A DNA stretch of 64,000 nt from contig OZ220733.1 of the NCBI GenBank assembly GCA_965116875.1, positions 3,968,001-4,032,000 of the forward strand, written 5' to 3'. The notes under the pieces are model-generated. The model was not told the DNA's origin. It saw nothing but the letters and a program-made list of their open reading frames with translations, and searched no databases. Positions 47,836-58,151 of the stretch are shown in pieces (position 1 is the stretch's first letter; each line of letters begins with the position of its first letter). The stretch comes from Candidatus Latescibacterota bacterium. GTDB lineage: Bacteria > Latescibacterota > UBA2968 > GCA-2709665. A program made the position numbers and the translations under genes.

Positions 47836-48831
47836 ATGATGATCGCAGCCGATATACAGCAACTGAACGAGGAAGTGGAACGGGAGAGCGCGTTTGTCCA
47901 GCGTCTGACGGGTGAGGTGGGCCGGGTCATCGTGGGTCAGCAGCATATGGTTGAAAGGCTGTTGATCGGGCTGCTGTGCAACGGCCACGTGTTGCTCGAA
48001 GGCGTGCCCGGTCTGGCAAAGACGTTAACCATCACGACAATGGCGCAGGCGATCCAGGCCTCGTTCAGCCGCATTCAATTTACGCCGGATCTGTTGCCCG
48101 CGGATCTGATCGGCACCATGATTTACAACCAGGCGACCGGCGAATTCGTACCCAAAAAGGGGCCTGTATTCGCACAATTGGTACTCGCCGACGAAGTGAA
48201 CAGGGCGCCTGCAAAGGTCCAGAGCGCCATGCTCGAGGCGATGCAGGAGCGGCAGGTGACCATCGGAGACCGGACGTTCCGGATGGACGATCCGTTTCTT
48301 GTCCTTGCCACGCAGAATCCCATAGAACAGGAGGGAACCTACCCCCTTCCCGAGGCGCAGGTGGACCGCTTCATGATGAAGGTCCGGGTTACCTATCCGC
48401 GGCGTGAGGAGGAACGTGAGATTATCGACCGGATGGAGAGCGGGGAGCCCCCGGCCGCAAACCACGTGGTCCGTCCCGAAGACATCATCCGGGCGCGCGG
48501 GGTTGTCGACCGGGTGTACGTGGACGACAAGATCAAGGATTACATCGTGGACCTGATGCTGGCGACCAGGGATCCCGCGGCCTTCGGGATTCAGGATCTC
48601 AACGCGCTGATCGAATATGGGTGTTCGCCGCGCGGCTCCATTTTCCTGACGCGTGCCGCCAAGGCCCACGCCTTCCTGAGGCGCAGGGGGTACGTGACGC
48701 CGGAAGACGTGAAAGCCATGGGCCTGGACATCCTCCGCCATCGGGTGATTGTGACGTACGAAGCCGAAGCGGAAGAGGTCGATTCGGAAGATATCGTCCG
48801 CCGGATATTCGATCACGTCGAGGTGCCCTGA
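47836..48831 (+). CDS. moxR: MoxR-family AAA+ ATPase
   Basis: LLEGVPGLAKT, RIQFTPDLLPAD, DEVNRA, ATQNPIEQEGTYPLPEAQ.DRF. Confidence 0.96.
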   Translation: MMIAADIQQLNEEVERESAFVQRLTGEVGRVIVGQQHMVERLLIGLLCNGHVLLEGVPGLAKTLTITTMAQAIQASFSRIQFTPDLLPADLIGTMIYNQATGEFVPKKGPVFAQLVLADEVNRAPAKVQSAMLEAMQERQVTIGDRTFRMDDPFLVLATQNPIEQEGTYPLPEAQVDRFMMKVRVTYPRREEEREIIDRMESGEPPAANHVVRPEDIIRARGVVDRVYVDDKIKDYIVDLMLATRDPAAFGIQDLNALIEYGCSPRGSIFLTRAAKAHAFLRRRGYVTPEDVKAMGLDILRHRVIVTYEAEAEEVDSEDIVRRIFDHVEVP

Positions 48832-48835
48832 CACG

Positions 48836-49717
48836 ATGATTCCCGCCGAGATACTCAAGAAAGTGCGACGCATCGAATTGCGCACGAGGTACCTGGTCGA
48901 CACCGTGTTCTCCGGAGAGTACCATTCCGTGTTCAAGGGACAGGGGATGGCGTTCGCCGAGGTGCGGGAGTACCAGCTGGGAGACGATATCCGGTCGATC
49001 GACTGGAACGTCACCGCCCGGATGGGACATCCCTTTGTCAAAGTGTTCGACGAAGAACGCGAACTGACGGTGATGTTGATGGTGGACGCCAGCGCATCCG
49101 GGGATTTCGGTACGGTCACGCAGATGAAGGGGGAAATCGGGGTCGAGATATGCGCCCTGCTGGCATTCTCGGCCATAAAGAACAACGATCGCGTGGGACT
49201 GATCGTCTTCACGGACGACGTGGAAGTATTCATCCCGCCGAAAAAGGGCAGGATGCACGTGTTGCGTGTGATCAGGGAGTTGCTGTACTTCAGGCCCGGC
49301 CGCAAGGGCACGGATATTGGCGCGGCGCTCGACTATCTCAATCGGGTCAATAAGCGAAACAGCGTTGTCTTTCTCGTCTCCGACTTTCTGGCGTCCGGCT
49401 ATGAGGCTGCGTTGCGGGTATCCGGAAAGCGGCACGACCTGATCGCGGTTGTGCTCCGGGACCCGAGGGAACGTGAATTGCCCGACGTCGGTCTCGTGGA
49501 ACTGGAGGACGCCGAAACGGGGACGGAGATGCTGGTGGATACTTCCGACAGCGAATTCCGCCATCTCTTCAGACAGCTGAACGACAAGGCGGAGCTGCGG
49601 AGGGATCGGATGTTCCGGTCTGTCGGCATCGACCGCGTCGATATTCGTACGGAGGAGACGTACGTGGACGCGTTGATGCGTTTCTTCCGCAAGCGGGCGC
49701 AACAGATCGCAGCGTAA
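48836..49717 (+). CDS. DUF58 protein
   Basis: GEYHSVFKGQGMAFAEVREY..GDDIRSIDWNVTAR, EERE, DASAS, SDF. Confidence 0.93.
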   Translation: MIPAEILKKVRRIELRTRYLVDTVFSGEYHSVFKGQGMAFAEVREYQLGDDIRSIDWNVTARMGHPFVKVFDEERELTVMLMVDASASGDFGTVTQMKGEIGVEICALLAFSAIKNNDRVGLIVFTDDVEVFIPPKKGRMHVLRVIRELLYFRPGRKGTDIGAALDYLNRVNKRNSVVFLVSDFLASGYEAALRVSGKRHDLIAVVLRDPRERELPDVGLVELEDAETGTEMLVDTSDSEFRHLFRQLNDKAELRRDRMFRSVGIDRVDIRTEETYVDALMRFFRKRAQQIAA

Positions 49718-49760
49718 TCGCCCGGATGGACCTTTCCGACGCACTGACAGGGAGGCGGTT

Positions 49761-50696
49761 GTGATCGAGGTCGATCATTTGACGAAACAGTACGGGTCGC
49801 TGGTGGCGGTCAGGGACCTGACGTTTACGGTCGAGAAGGGGGAGGTGGTCGGATTCCTCGGTCCCAACGGTGCGGGCAAGACCACCACCATGCGCATTCT
49901 GACGTGTTATCAGCCCGCTTCGAAGGGGACCGCCCGTGTGGCCGGATTCGACGTTTTCGACGAACCGATGGAGGTCAAGCGGCGCATCGGGTATCTGCCG
50001 GAGCATCCTCCGGTCTACAACGACATGTACGTGCGGTCGTATCTGGATTTCGTGGCGCGGATAAAAGGTGTGCCGTCAAAGGATCGAGGATCGCGGGTGG
50101 ACAGCGCGATGGAACGGTGCGGGATAACGGATCGGGCGAAGCAACTCATCGGCCAGCTGTCAAAGGGCTATCGCCAGCGTGTTGGGATCGCCCAGGCCAT
50201 CCTGCACGATCCGGACGTCATTATTCTTGACGAACCGACGATCGGACTGGACCCCAACCAGATTCAGGAGATACGCCGGTTGATCCGCGGATTGGGCCGC
50301 GAACACACGGTGATCCTGAGCACCCACATATTGCCCGAGGTGGAAATGACCTGCGATCGCGTGATCATCATCAACAGGGGTCAGATCGCGGCTGTGGATA
50401 CGCCGGAGAATCTCACGGCGCGGGCGTCGGGCAACCGGCGGTATTACGTGGCGGTATCGGGCGACGTGAATGCTGCCGCGGACGCCATCGGGGGTGTCCC
50501 GGGTGTCGTGGGTGTGGGGCATGCAAGCGAAGACGGGGCAATGGAGGTCGACGTTTCCGGCGATTCCGATATGCGCCCGGCGATTGCGGCGAGGCTGGTG
50601 GAGCGCGACCTGGGGCTGGTCGAGCTGAGGCCGATCACGGCGAGGCTGGAGGACATATTCCACGAATTGACCACATCCGAGGAGGAGACCCCCTGA
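49761..50696 (+). CDS. ABC ATPase, GldA-like
   Basis: GPNGAGKTT, GYLPE, LSKGYRQR, LDEPT.GLDPNQI, STHILPEV. Confidence 0.92.
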   Translation: MIEVDHLTKQYGSLVAVRDLTFTVEKGEVVGFLGPNGAGKTTTMRILTCYQPASKGTARVAGFDVFDEPMEVKRRIGYLPEHPPVYNDMYVRSYLDFVARIKGVPSKDRGSRVDSAMERCGITDRAKQLIGQLSKGYRQRVGIAQAILHDPDVIILDEPTIGLDPNQIQEIRRLIRGLGREHTVILSTHILPEVEMTCDRVIIINRGQIAAVDTPENLTARASGNRRYYVAVSGDVNAAADAIGGVPGVVGVGHASEDGAMEVDVSGDSDMRPAIAARLVERDLGLVELRPITARLEDIFHELTTSEEETP

Positions 50697-51472
50697 TGGG
50701 AAACGTCGCCGCGATTTTCTGGAAGGAAATGCGTTCCTACTTCGGGTCGCCGATCGCCTACGTGGTTGCGACCGGTTTCCTGGTGATGATGGGATATCTC
50801 TTTCAGAACGAGATCGTGGAGTTTCGGGCGAAATGTTTGAACTATACATTTCAGCACCAGGAGCATGGTGTCGATCCGCCGAACGTGAACGAGGACGTCG
50901 TGTTTCACTTCTTCCTCAGCCAGTGCCTCGTCTGGCTGGTGGTGACGCCGATGCTGACGATGCGACTGTTCGCGGAGGAGAAAGGCTCCGGGACGATTGA
51001 ACTCCTGATGACGTCTCCCCTGACCACGTGGCAGGTCGTACTCGGCAAATTCGCGGCCTGCCTGGGTCTGTACGTCATCATTGAACTGCTGCTTCTGTCA
51101 CTGATCATTGTGGTGTCGTTCTATGGCGATCTGAACTGGGCGCGGGTACTCTCCGCATGCGCCGCGATTCTGCTGCTGGGAGGCTCGTTTATCAGCGTGG
51201 GCATTCTGGCATCCTCGCTCACGGACAAACAGATCGTCGCCGTGGTCATCGCATTCGTCCTCCTCCTCCTGCTTTTCGTCGTACGGTATTCCCCCGAACT
51301 CATCGGGCGAGAGTGGGCCACCGTTCTCTTCTATCTTTCGCTGATCGATCACACGAGGGATATGGCTCGGGGCCTCGTCGACAGCAGCGACGTGGTCTTC
51401 TTTCTGACGTTCACGTTCTTCTTTCTGTTCCTGACGCACGCCGCGCTTGAATCGCGCCGCTGGAGGCGATAG
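50696..51472 (+). CDS. ABC-2 permease, GldF-like
   Basis: KEMRSYFGSPIAY, PMLTMRLFAEEK..GTIELLMTSP, VLGKF. Confidence 0.9.
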   Translation: MGNVAAIFWKEMRSYFGSPIAYVVATGFLVMMGYLFQNEIVEFRAKCLNYTFQHQEHGVDPPNVNEDVVFHFFLSQCLVWLVVTPMLTMRLFAEEKGSGTIELLMTSPLTTWQVVLGKFAACLGLYVIIELLLLSLIIVVSFYGDLNWARVLSACAAILLLGGSFISVGILASSLTDKQIVAVVIAFVLLLLLFVVRYSPELIGREWATVLFYLSLIDHTRDMARGLVDSSDVVFFLTFTFFFLFLTHAALESRRWRR

Positions 51473-51475
51473 AGA

Positions 51476-52843
51476 ATGACCGGTATCTTCAGGACCCGTT
51501 GGGTCAAGTACGGCTCAAGTACGCTCATTGCCGTTCTGGCGCTGCTTGCGATCATGGTGGCGATCAACTATCTCGCAACGCGCTACCACCACCGGATCGA
51601 CGTGACGGAGGGCGGCATGCACAGTCTGTCCGATCAGACCGCCACGCTGCTGGATTCGCTGAAGACGGACGTCCACGTCCTTGCGTTTTTCCACGAGACC
51701 GATCCGGAAACGGCCGGATTCAGGGAAAGACTCGAAGCGTACGCCTATCACTCCCGGCGGTTCACCTTTGCGATGGTCGATCCGGCGGTTCATCCCGGTG
51801 AAGCCAGGCGATACGGAGTCGGCAAACCGCGTATCTCGGTGGTGATGTCGGACGAACGGGAAGAACGGGTCTCGGGAACCGGGGAGAATCACCTGACCAA
51901 CGCGGTGGCCAAAGTCAATCGGAAACGTGATAAAACCGTCTATTTTTCGACCGGGCACGGTGAACGCACGCTGAAGGCGCCGGAAGGGGATTTCATCCGT
52001 GTCGGGCAGGCATTGAAGGATGCCGGGTACGGAATCCGGGATACCCTGGTGCTGGATGCGGGGAAGGGGGTGCCGGCGGATTGCGATCTGCTGATCGTGG
52101 CCGGCCCCTCGGCTGCATTCTCCCGGGTCGAAGCGGATTCGATCCGCAACTATCTCGCCGGGGGAGGATCCGGGTTGTTCATGCTCGACCCGGGCGGAGA
52201 AACGGGTCTCGAGTCGCTGCTGGCGGGATGGGGAATCCAGGTCAACAATGACTACGTCCTGGGGTGGGGGCCGGGCGACCCGTCAATGCCGGGCTCGGTC
52301 TGGTACGCACGACATCCGGTTACGGAAAAACACCGGAATCGCAATCTGCGGACCTTCTACAGACTTGCACGATCCGTTGAAAGCAGGGAAGACGCCGGCG
52401 GAATGCAGACGCGCGAACTGGTGACGACCCACCCGCGCAACAGCTGGCGGGAAGAAAAGCTGCCCGACGCCGCGCCGGTTTTCGATCCCGGGCGGGATCT
52501 GCAAGGCCCGGCGTCCGTCGCGGTCGCCACACTCGACAGGCCGAAATACCGTCGTTTTCCATCCGACGTGGGATTGCGCCACACCCGAATCGTCGTCTTT
52601 GGAGACTCTGATTTCGCGGGCAACGAATTCTTCGACACGGTAGGCAACGGAGACCTGTTCATGAACGCGGTGAGTTGGCTCATGGAAGAGGGAGACCTGA
52701 TCTCCATCCGGCCCAGGATGTGGGCTTACCGTGGCGTCGTGATGTCCGCAGAGGAACTCCTGTGGCTTTCATGGCTCTCCGTAGTCGTGATTCCGGTCAT
52801 ACCCGTCGTTATCGGGATCGGAGTCTGGCGCAGGCGGCGCTGA
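51476..52843 (+). CDS. GldG-like ABC accessory protein
   Basis: N- and C-terminal TMs; RIDVT..SLSDQT, YFSTGHGE, LIVAGP, VFGDSDF, NGDLFMNAVSWL. Confidence 0.88.
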   Translation: MTGIFRTRWVKYGSSTLIAVLALLAIMVAINYLATRYHHRIDVTEGGMHSLSDQTATLLDSLKTDVHVLAFFHETDPETAGFRERLEAYAYHSRRFTFAMVDPAVHPGEARRYGVGKPRISVVMSDEREERVSGTGENHLTNAVAKVNRKRDKTVYFSTGHGERTLKAPEGDFIRVGQALKDAGYGIRDTLVLDAGKGVPADCDLLIVAGPSAAFSRVEADSIRNYLAGGGSGLFMLDPGGETGLESLLAGWGIQVNNDYVLGWGPGDPSMPGSVWYARHPVTEKHRNRNLRTFYRLARSVESREDAGGMQTRELVTTHPRNSWREEKLPDAAPVFDPGRDLQGPASVAVATLDRPKYRRFPSDVGLRHTRIVVFGDSDFAGNEFFDTVGNGDLFMNAVSWLMEEGDLISIRPRMWAYRGVVMSAEELLWLSWLSVVVIPVIPVVIGIGVWRRRR

Positions 52844-52890
52844 CGCCCGGCGGCAAACACGCGGAAACAGCAGCCCGCCAGGTAATTCGC

Positions 52891-54309
52891 ATGAATGTAA
52901 AGACAACAGGAAGTCTTGTGCTGCTTCTGGCTGTGCTGGTCGGTTTCGTCTACTTTTACGAGATCCGGGGCGCCGACGAACGTTACAGATCCCGTGTCAG
53001 GGCAGGACGCCTGCTGCATCTGGAAGAAGATGCCGTCAACGCCCTGACGGTACACCGGGGCGACACAACCATCGTCATGCGGAAGTCGGGAGCCACGTGG
53101 CGAATTCTGCAGCCCGTTGACACGGGCGGCGACCACGGCGAAATCGTCGGATTGATCCGGACGTTGCGGTCCATGGACCTGGAGCGTGTGGTGGCGGACA
53201 GTGTCCGTATCGCGCGGGGCGAGGCCCGTCTCTCGGATTTCGGCCTGGACAGACCGAATCTGGCGCTGGCGATCACACAGGCGGACCGGGTGGATTCGCT
53301 CTTCTGGGGCGATCGAAGCCCGACCGGACGGTACGGATATGTCAGGTGGTCCGGTCATCCGGGAATACTCGCGGTTGGCGCCCCATTCAGGTTGAGATTG
53401 GAGAAGGGACTGTTTCAACTGCGTGACAGACGGGTCGCGCATTTCAATCCGGAATCCCTCCGGAAGGTTGAAATAGCCCTGGGCCACGCCAGGGTCGTGG
53501 TCGAGACGCTTTCGGACGAGTGGCGCCTGACGTTTCCGGTCAACGACCGCACGGATGACGACGAGGTCCGTAAGTTGATCAACAGGCTTCGAACCGCCGA
53601 ATTCACGCGAGTGGTTGAGGAGGAGTCCAGGGAGCCGGGGCAATACGGCCTGGAGAAGCCAACGCATGCGGTAACGGTTTACGATGGAGATCATGAGCGG
53701 AAAAAGACCATCGTGATCGGTCGCAGGAAGGAAGGGGGCCGGTTTCCGCCGTATTTTGCGGCATTTTCGGGCAGTCCCATGGTTTTTCTGGTCGACTCGA
53801 CCTTTGTCGCGGATATCAGAAACGCGGCCAGTGACCTGAGATTCAAGCGTATCTTCGCTTTCGATGCCTCTGGAGTCGACCGGTTGAAGCTGGCGTATCG
53901 GGACCGCGTCGTGGAGTGTGTCAGGGACAGTACCGGCGACGACTGGCAGGTGCTTCAGCCAAAGCTTCACATCGTCATGGAACATCGAATACGACATTTC
54001 TTTCGCACCATTGAACTGCTTGAAGCGGAAGAATTCGTGGCGGAAGAGCTGAAGGCGCCAGAGGCATTCGGATTCGATCAGCCGGCACTGGTGGTCACCG
54101 CCTGGCGCGGCCGCGAGACTGCGCAGGAATTGACCATCGGAGAAAGGGGCGGTAACGTGTACGCTCAAGGCCGGCACCGTACCCAGGTCGCCCGAATCGA
54201 TCACAAGGTTCTGACGAAACTGAAGCTCGAACTCGTGTCCGTAAGACCCGACGTTGTCCGCCCGGATACCATTAAGACACCGCGTGGCGGGGCAGTACGG
54301 ATGCGATGA
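52891..54309 (+). CDS. DUF4340-domain protein
   Basis: N-terminal TM; three repeats ending FGLDRP / YGLEKP / FGFDQP; LRDRR. Confidence 0.8.
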   Translation: MNVKTTGSLVLLLAVLVGFVYFYEIRGADERYRSRVRAGRLLHLEEDAVNALTVHRGDTTIVMRKSGATWRILQPVDTGGDHGEIVGLIRTLRSMDLERVVADSVRIARGEARLSDFGLDRPNLALAITQADRVDSLFWGDRSPTGRYGYVRWSGHPGILAVGAPFRLRLEKGLFQLRDRRVAHFNPESLRKVEIALGHARVVVETLSDEWRLTFPVNDRTDDDEVRKLINRLRTAEFTRVVEEESREPGQYGLEKPTHAVTVYDGDHERKKTIVIGRRKEGGRFPPYFAAFSGSPMVFLVDSTFVADIRNAASDLRFKRIFAFDASGVDRLKLAYRDRVVECVRDSTGDDWQVLQPKLHIVMEHRIRHFFRTIELLEAEEFVAEELKAPEAFGFDQPALVVTAWRGRETAQELTIGERGGNVYAQGRHRTQVARIDHKVLTKLKLELVSVRPDVVRPDTIKTPRGGAVRMR

Positions 54310-54325
54310 CGGTGACCGACGGAAT

Positions 54326-55279
54326 ATGGGCCAAATCCTGATATCGTTGTGGATCGGTGCGTGCGGCATGGTGATTTCATGCGTCCAGGCCAGCGCCGAA
54401 GTTCTATTCGAAGCCACGGTAAACCGGGATACGTGCACGCTTGGCGATCCCGTTCTCCTGAAGTTACGGATCAGACGTGGGTCGGAGGATGCCGTCGCGC
54501 TGGTTCAGAACGAGGATTTCCTCGCGCCGTTCGAGGTGCGTCGTCAGATGCCGCCAGTGGTTCGGCAGGCGCCTGGAGGCGGTGTGGAGGAGACGCAGGC
54601 CTTCGAACTTGCCGTGTACCGCCTGGGGGTGATCGAAGTGCCCTCCCTGGTACTCCGGGTGCGTACGGCCGCTGGCGACTCCGGGCTGATCGCTTCCGAG
54701 CCGATACCGGTTGTGGTACGCGGCGTCATGCCCGCGGGAATGTCGGATATCCGGGACGTGAAGCCTCCGGTCGACGTCGAGGCCAGAATACCTGCGTGGT
54801 TCTGGTTCGCTGTTGCCGCTCTGGCAGGCTTCGTGGGTGCGGTCATCTGGTTCTGGCGCAGGCGACGTAGCAGGCCGGTGGTCGATCCGCCGCCGCCGAT
54901 TCACTGGCCCGATGAAGTCCGGAAGATTCTGCGGATGCGACTCCTGGAAAACGGCGAGTACAAGCGCTATTACAGCCTGCTTTCCGAGGTGATGCGCAGG
55001 TACCTGGAAGATTGTATCCGGGTCGACGCCATGGAGCGTACCACATACGAGCTGGTGCATGACCTCGAACGGGTGCCGGTCGGGAAAGCGGAGTTATCGG
55101 CGCTCGACGGCCTGTTAACGGAGGCGGATCTGGTGAAGTTCGCGAAGTTTCAACCGCAACATGAGAATGCAGAGGATGCCGCGGAAGCCGTTCTGGACCT
55201 TATGCGGCGGTTGGACGCGCAGCATCGTCCCGGTGACGACCGGACGGAAAACGCGGCGCCTGTGGTAGTGACGGCATGA
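54326..55279 (+). CDS. Bat-operon membrane protein (beta-sandwich + TM + helical tail)
   Basis: Signal-like N-terminus; IRDVKPP before the TM; YYSLLSEVMRRYLE, AMERTT.EL, ADLVKFAK. Confidence 0.8.
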   Translation: MGQILISLWIGACGMVISCVQASAEVLFEATVNRDTCTLGDPVLLKLRIRRGSEDAVALVQNEDFLAPFEVRRQMPPVVRQAPGGGVEETQAFELAVYRLGVIEVPSLVLRVRTAAGDSGLIASEPIPVVVRGVMPAGMSDIRDVKPPVDVEARIPAWFWFAVAALAGFVGAVIWFWRRRRSRPVVDPPPPIHWPDEVRKILRMRLLENGEYKRYYSLLSEVMRRYLEDCIRVDAMERTTYELVHDLERVPVGKAELSALDGLLTEADLVKFAKFQPQHENAEDAAEAVLDLMRRLDAQHRPGDDRTENAAPVVVTA

Positions 55280-56262
55280 TTGAGTTCAAGGATCCGGAAT
55301 GGCTTTTCGCCCTGGTTCTGGTGCCGTTTCTGATCTATCGTTACGTTCGCCGGCAACGGCAGAAGCAGGGCAGCATTCGTTTTCCGGACCTGGGAATCAT
55401 CGGCCGGATTCCGCCGTCGGCCGTGCTCAGGTTGCGCCACGGCCTGATTGCGTTGCGCTGTCTGGCGTTGGTCCTCCTGATTGTCGCGCTGGCGCGTCCG
55501 CGTTCGGGGCGGGAAGGGAGAGAAATCCTGACCCGCGGTATCGATATCGTACTCGCCCTTGACGTTTCCGGCAGCATGGCGTACAAGGATCTGGACCAGC
55601 AGCGGAAGTCCAGGTTGCAGGTCAGCAAGGAGGTCGTGAGCCAGTTCGTGCAGGGGCGGGTCAACGACCGGCTCGGGCTCGTCGTGTTTGCAGGGGAGAG
55701 CTATACCCAATGCCCGCTCACGCTCGATTACGGGATCTTCCTCAGCTTCCTGGAGGAAGTCCGGCTGGCGGACGACTCCTGGGACGGCACGGCGATCGGA
55801 ACCGGCATCGTCACGGCGGTAAACCGCCTGCGCCGGTCGGAGGCGAGCAGCCGCGTGGTCATCCTGTTGACGGACGGTGTAAATAACAGGGGAGAGGTGG
55901 ATCCGGTTACGGCCGCACGGGCTGCACACGCCGTAGGCATTCGGATCTACACCATCGGGGCGGGAAGCAGCGGCGTCATCGTGACCGGCCAGGGGCTGCT
56001 ACAGCAGCGGGTGCGCGTTGAAATCGACGAAGAGACCCTGAAGGAAGTCGCCGAAATCACGGGTGGCCGTTACTTTCGCGCGACCAGCGAGAAGAAACTC
56101 GCAGAAATCTACCGTGCGATCGGCGAGATGGAAAAGACCGAGATCAAAACGCGCGACTATGTCGACTACTCCGAGTTGTTCACGGTTTTCCTCTGGCCGG
56201 GTCTTGTCCTGCTGGGCGTCGAGCTGATGCTGGCGAACACGAGGTTCCGGAGGATTCCTTAG
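55276..56262 (+). CDS. batA: BatA-like vWA membrane protein
   Basis: F..P.WL, ALARP, MIDAS DVSGSM, CPLTLD, GTAIG, LLTDG. Confidence 0.88.
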   Translation: MIEFKDPEWLFALVLVPFLIYRYVRRQRQKQGSIRFPDLGIIGRIPPSAVLRLRHGLIALRCLALVLLIVALARPRSGREGREILTRGIDIVLALDVSGSMAYKDLDQQRKSRLQVSKEVVSQFVQGRVNDRLGLVVFAGESYTQCPLTLDYGIFLSFLEEVRLADDSWDGTAIGTGIVTAVNRLRRSEASSRVVILLTDGVNNRGEVDPVTAARAAHAVGIRIYTIGAGSSGVIVTGQGLLQQRVRVEIDEETLKEVAEITGGRYFRATSEKKLAEIYRAIGEMEKTEIKTRDYVDYSELFTVFLWPGLVLLGVELMLANTRFRRIP

Positions 56263-56263
56263 G

Positions 56264-57286
56264 ATGCGATTCGGCGACGTTCAGGCATTCTGGTTCCTGC
56301 TGACCGTGCCCGCGGCGATTCTGTTATTCGCGATCGCGTTTCGAAAGAGACGCCGGGCGCTCGCCCGTTTCGGAAGTCCGGAACTGATGCGGAAGCTGAC
56401 GGCGGCCACGAGTTGGAAGAGGCAGTGGGTAAAGGCGGCATTGACCGTCGGCGGTCTCGTCTTCCTTGTTCTGGCGCTGGCGCAACCAAGGTACGGAATG
56501 CGGCTCGAACTGCTGCACAGGAAGGGCGTGGATGTAATCGTGGCGCTGGATACGTCGCTGAGCATGCTGGCGGAAGACATCCGGCCCAATCGACTGACGC
56601 GCGCGCGCTTCGAAATCGAGTCCTTTATCGACAGGCTGGAAGGCGACAGGATCGGGCTGGTCGCGTTTGCGGGCCGCAGCTTTACGCTTTGCCCGCTAAC
56701 CCTGGACTATGGCGCCGCCAAGCTGTTTCTGGACTCGATCGACACGGAACTGATTCCAGTGAAGGGAACGGCCATCGCCGAAGCCATACGCGCGTCGACG
56801 CGGGCGTTCGGCAGCGAGGAAAGGAAGTACAAAGTCCTGGTGCTGATCACGGACGGCGAAGACCACGCGGGCGATCCGGCAGAAGCCGCGAAAGAGGCGG
56901 CGGAAGCCGGGGTGCGGATATTCGCGGTGGGCGTGGGGACGCCCGGCGGAGAGTTGATCCCGGTGAAGCGGAACGGAAGGACGGATTTCTTGAAGGACAG
57001 CCGGGGGAATTACGTCAAGTCGCGCCTGGACGAGGCGAGTCTGCAACAGGTCGCCGGCGTGACCGACGGGGTCTATCTGCGCTCACAGGCCGGCGGCGTG
57101 GGCATGGACAGGGTATACGACGAAATCTCGCAGATGGAGAAGAAGGAACTGGGATCGCGGAAATACACGCAGTACAAGCACCGGTTCCAGTGGCCGCTGG
57201 CCGTCGCCGTCGCCTGTTTTGCCTGCGAGGCGATGTTGTCGGATCGCAGAAGGGTGCGAACGCGATGGCGGGGGCGGTTTCAGTAA
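56264..57286 (+). CDS. batB: BatB-like vWA membrane protein
   Basis: ALAQP, DTSLSMLAED..PNRL, LITDGEDH, GVGTPGG, FQWPL. Confidence 0.88.
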   Translation: MRFGDVQAFWFLLTVPAAILLFAIAFRKRRRALARFGSPELMRKLTAATSWKRQWVKAALTVGGLVFLVLALAQPRYGMRLELLHRKGVDVIVALDTSLSMLAEDIRPNRLTRARFEIESFIDRLEGDRIGLVAFAGRSFTLCPLTLDYGAAKLFLDSIDTELIPVKGTAIAEAIRASTRAFGSEERKYKVLVLITDGEDHAGDPAEAAKEAAEAGVRIFAVGVGTPGGELIPVKRNGRTDFLKDSRGNYVKSRLDEASLQQVAGVTDGVYLRSQAGGVGMDRVYDEISQMEKKELGSRKYTQYKHRFQWPLAVAVACFACEAMLSDRRRVRTRWRGRFQ

Positions 57287-57330
57287 TCCCAATACAGCTT
57301 CTCAAACCGGATTCACCCGGAGTGTGCTTC

Positions 57331-58149
57331 GTGTCTCGATATCTGATTGGACTCGTCATTGTTCCGCTTCTCGGCTTCACGTTTCTGGATCCGGCGGCGG
57401 ACAGGAACAGGCGGGGCAACCTCATGTTTCACGAAGGCAGGTTCGAGGAAGCCCTCGAGTACTACCGCGAGGCCCAGGTGGAAAATCCGGATGCGCCGGA
57501 ACTCAGGTTCAACGCGGGCGACGCCTACTTCAAGAAGAACGCCTATAAGGACGCCCTGCAGGAGTTCGGACAGGCGCTGAAGAGCAGGGACCCCTCGCTT
57601 CTCGCAAACGCGTACTACAATATGGGCAATGTCCACGTCCGCCAGCAGAATCTGCAGCAGGCGGCCGATGCATACAAGCGGTCGCTTGCGCTGCGGCCGG
57701 ACGACCTGGACGCAAAGGTGAATCTGGAATGGGTTCTGGAAAAAATGCGGGAACAGGAGGAGAATCAGAAGCGAGAACAGGAGCAGGGCGAGAATCGGGA
57801 TGAAGATCAGGACCGGAAAGAAAACAGCAACGAGCCGGGCGAAAAGGATACGAATGACGGTGGGAACGGGGAACAACCGGAGGAACGGCCCGATCCGGAG
57901 GCCGACGGCAATCAGGACGGGAATCGGGAAGGCCAGGGCGATCCGGACCGGGAACAGCGCCCACAGCCGGAAGACCCCGACGGGAAGCAGCAGAATCAGC
58001 AGTCGTCGCAACCGGAGTCGACGGCCGGTTCATTGAGTCGAGAAGAGGCGGAACGCCTGCTGGATGCGATGAAAGACAGGGAAACGAAGTCACAGAAGTA
58101 CCGCCGTTTGCGCGTTTACGGCAAACGATACAAGGGTAACGAGTGGTAG
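57331..58149 (+). CDS. batC: BatC-like TPR protein with an E/Q/D-rich tail
   Basis: GN..F, YNMGN, YKRSL..P.D.DAKVNLE, acidic low-complexity linker, EAERLLDA, terminal NEW; start GTG 57331 or 57322. Confidence 0.85.
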   Translation: MSRYLIGLVIVPLLGFTFLDPAADRNRRGNLMFHEGRFEEALEYYREAQVENPDAPELRFNAGDAYFKKNAYKDALQEFGQALKSRDPSLLANAYYNMGNVHVRQQNLQQAADAYKRSLALRPDDLDAKVNLEWVLEKMREQEENQKREQEQGENRDEDQDRKENSNEPGEKDTNDGGNGEQPEERPDPEADGNQDGNREGQGDPDREQRPQPEDPDGKQQNQQSSQPESTAGSLSREEAERLLDAMKDRETKSQKYRRLRVYGKRYKGNEW

Positions 58150-58151
58150 GA

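Noticed and set aside
49761-52843. Gliding motility inferred from Gld-like genes
   Set aside because: GldAFG-like ABC systems occur in many non-gliding bacteria and no motor or T9SS genes are present.
56413-57330. Apparent 578-aa BatC or batB-batC frameshift fusion
   Set aside because: The upstream part overlaps intact batB out of frame; batB has a normal C-terminus and stop, and BatC has its own hydrophobic leader.
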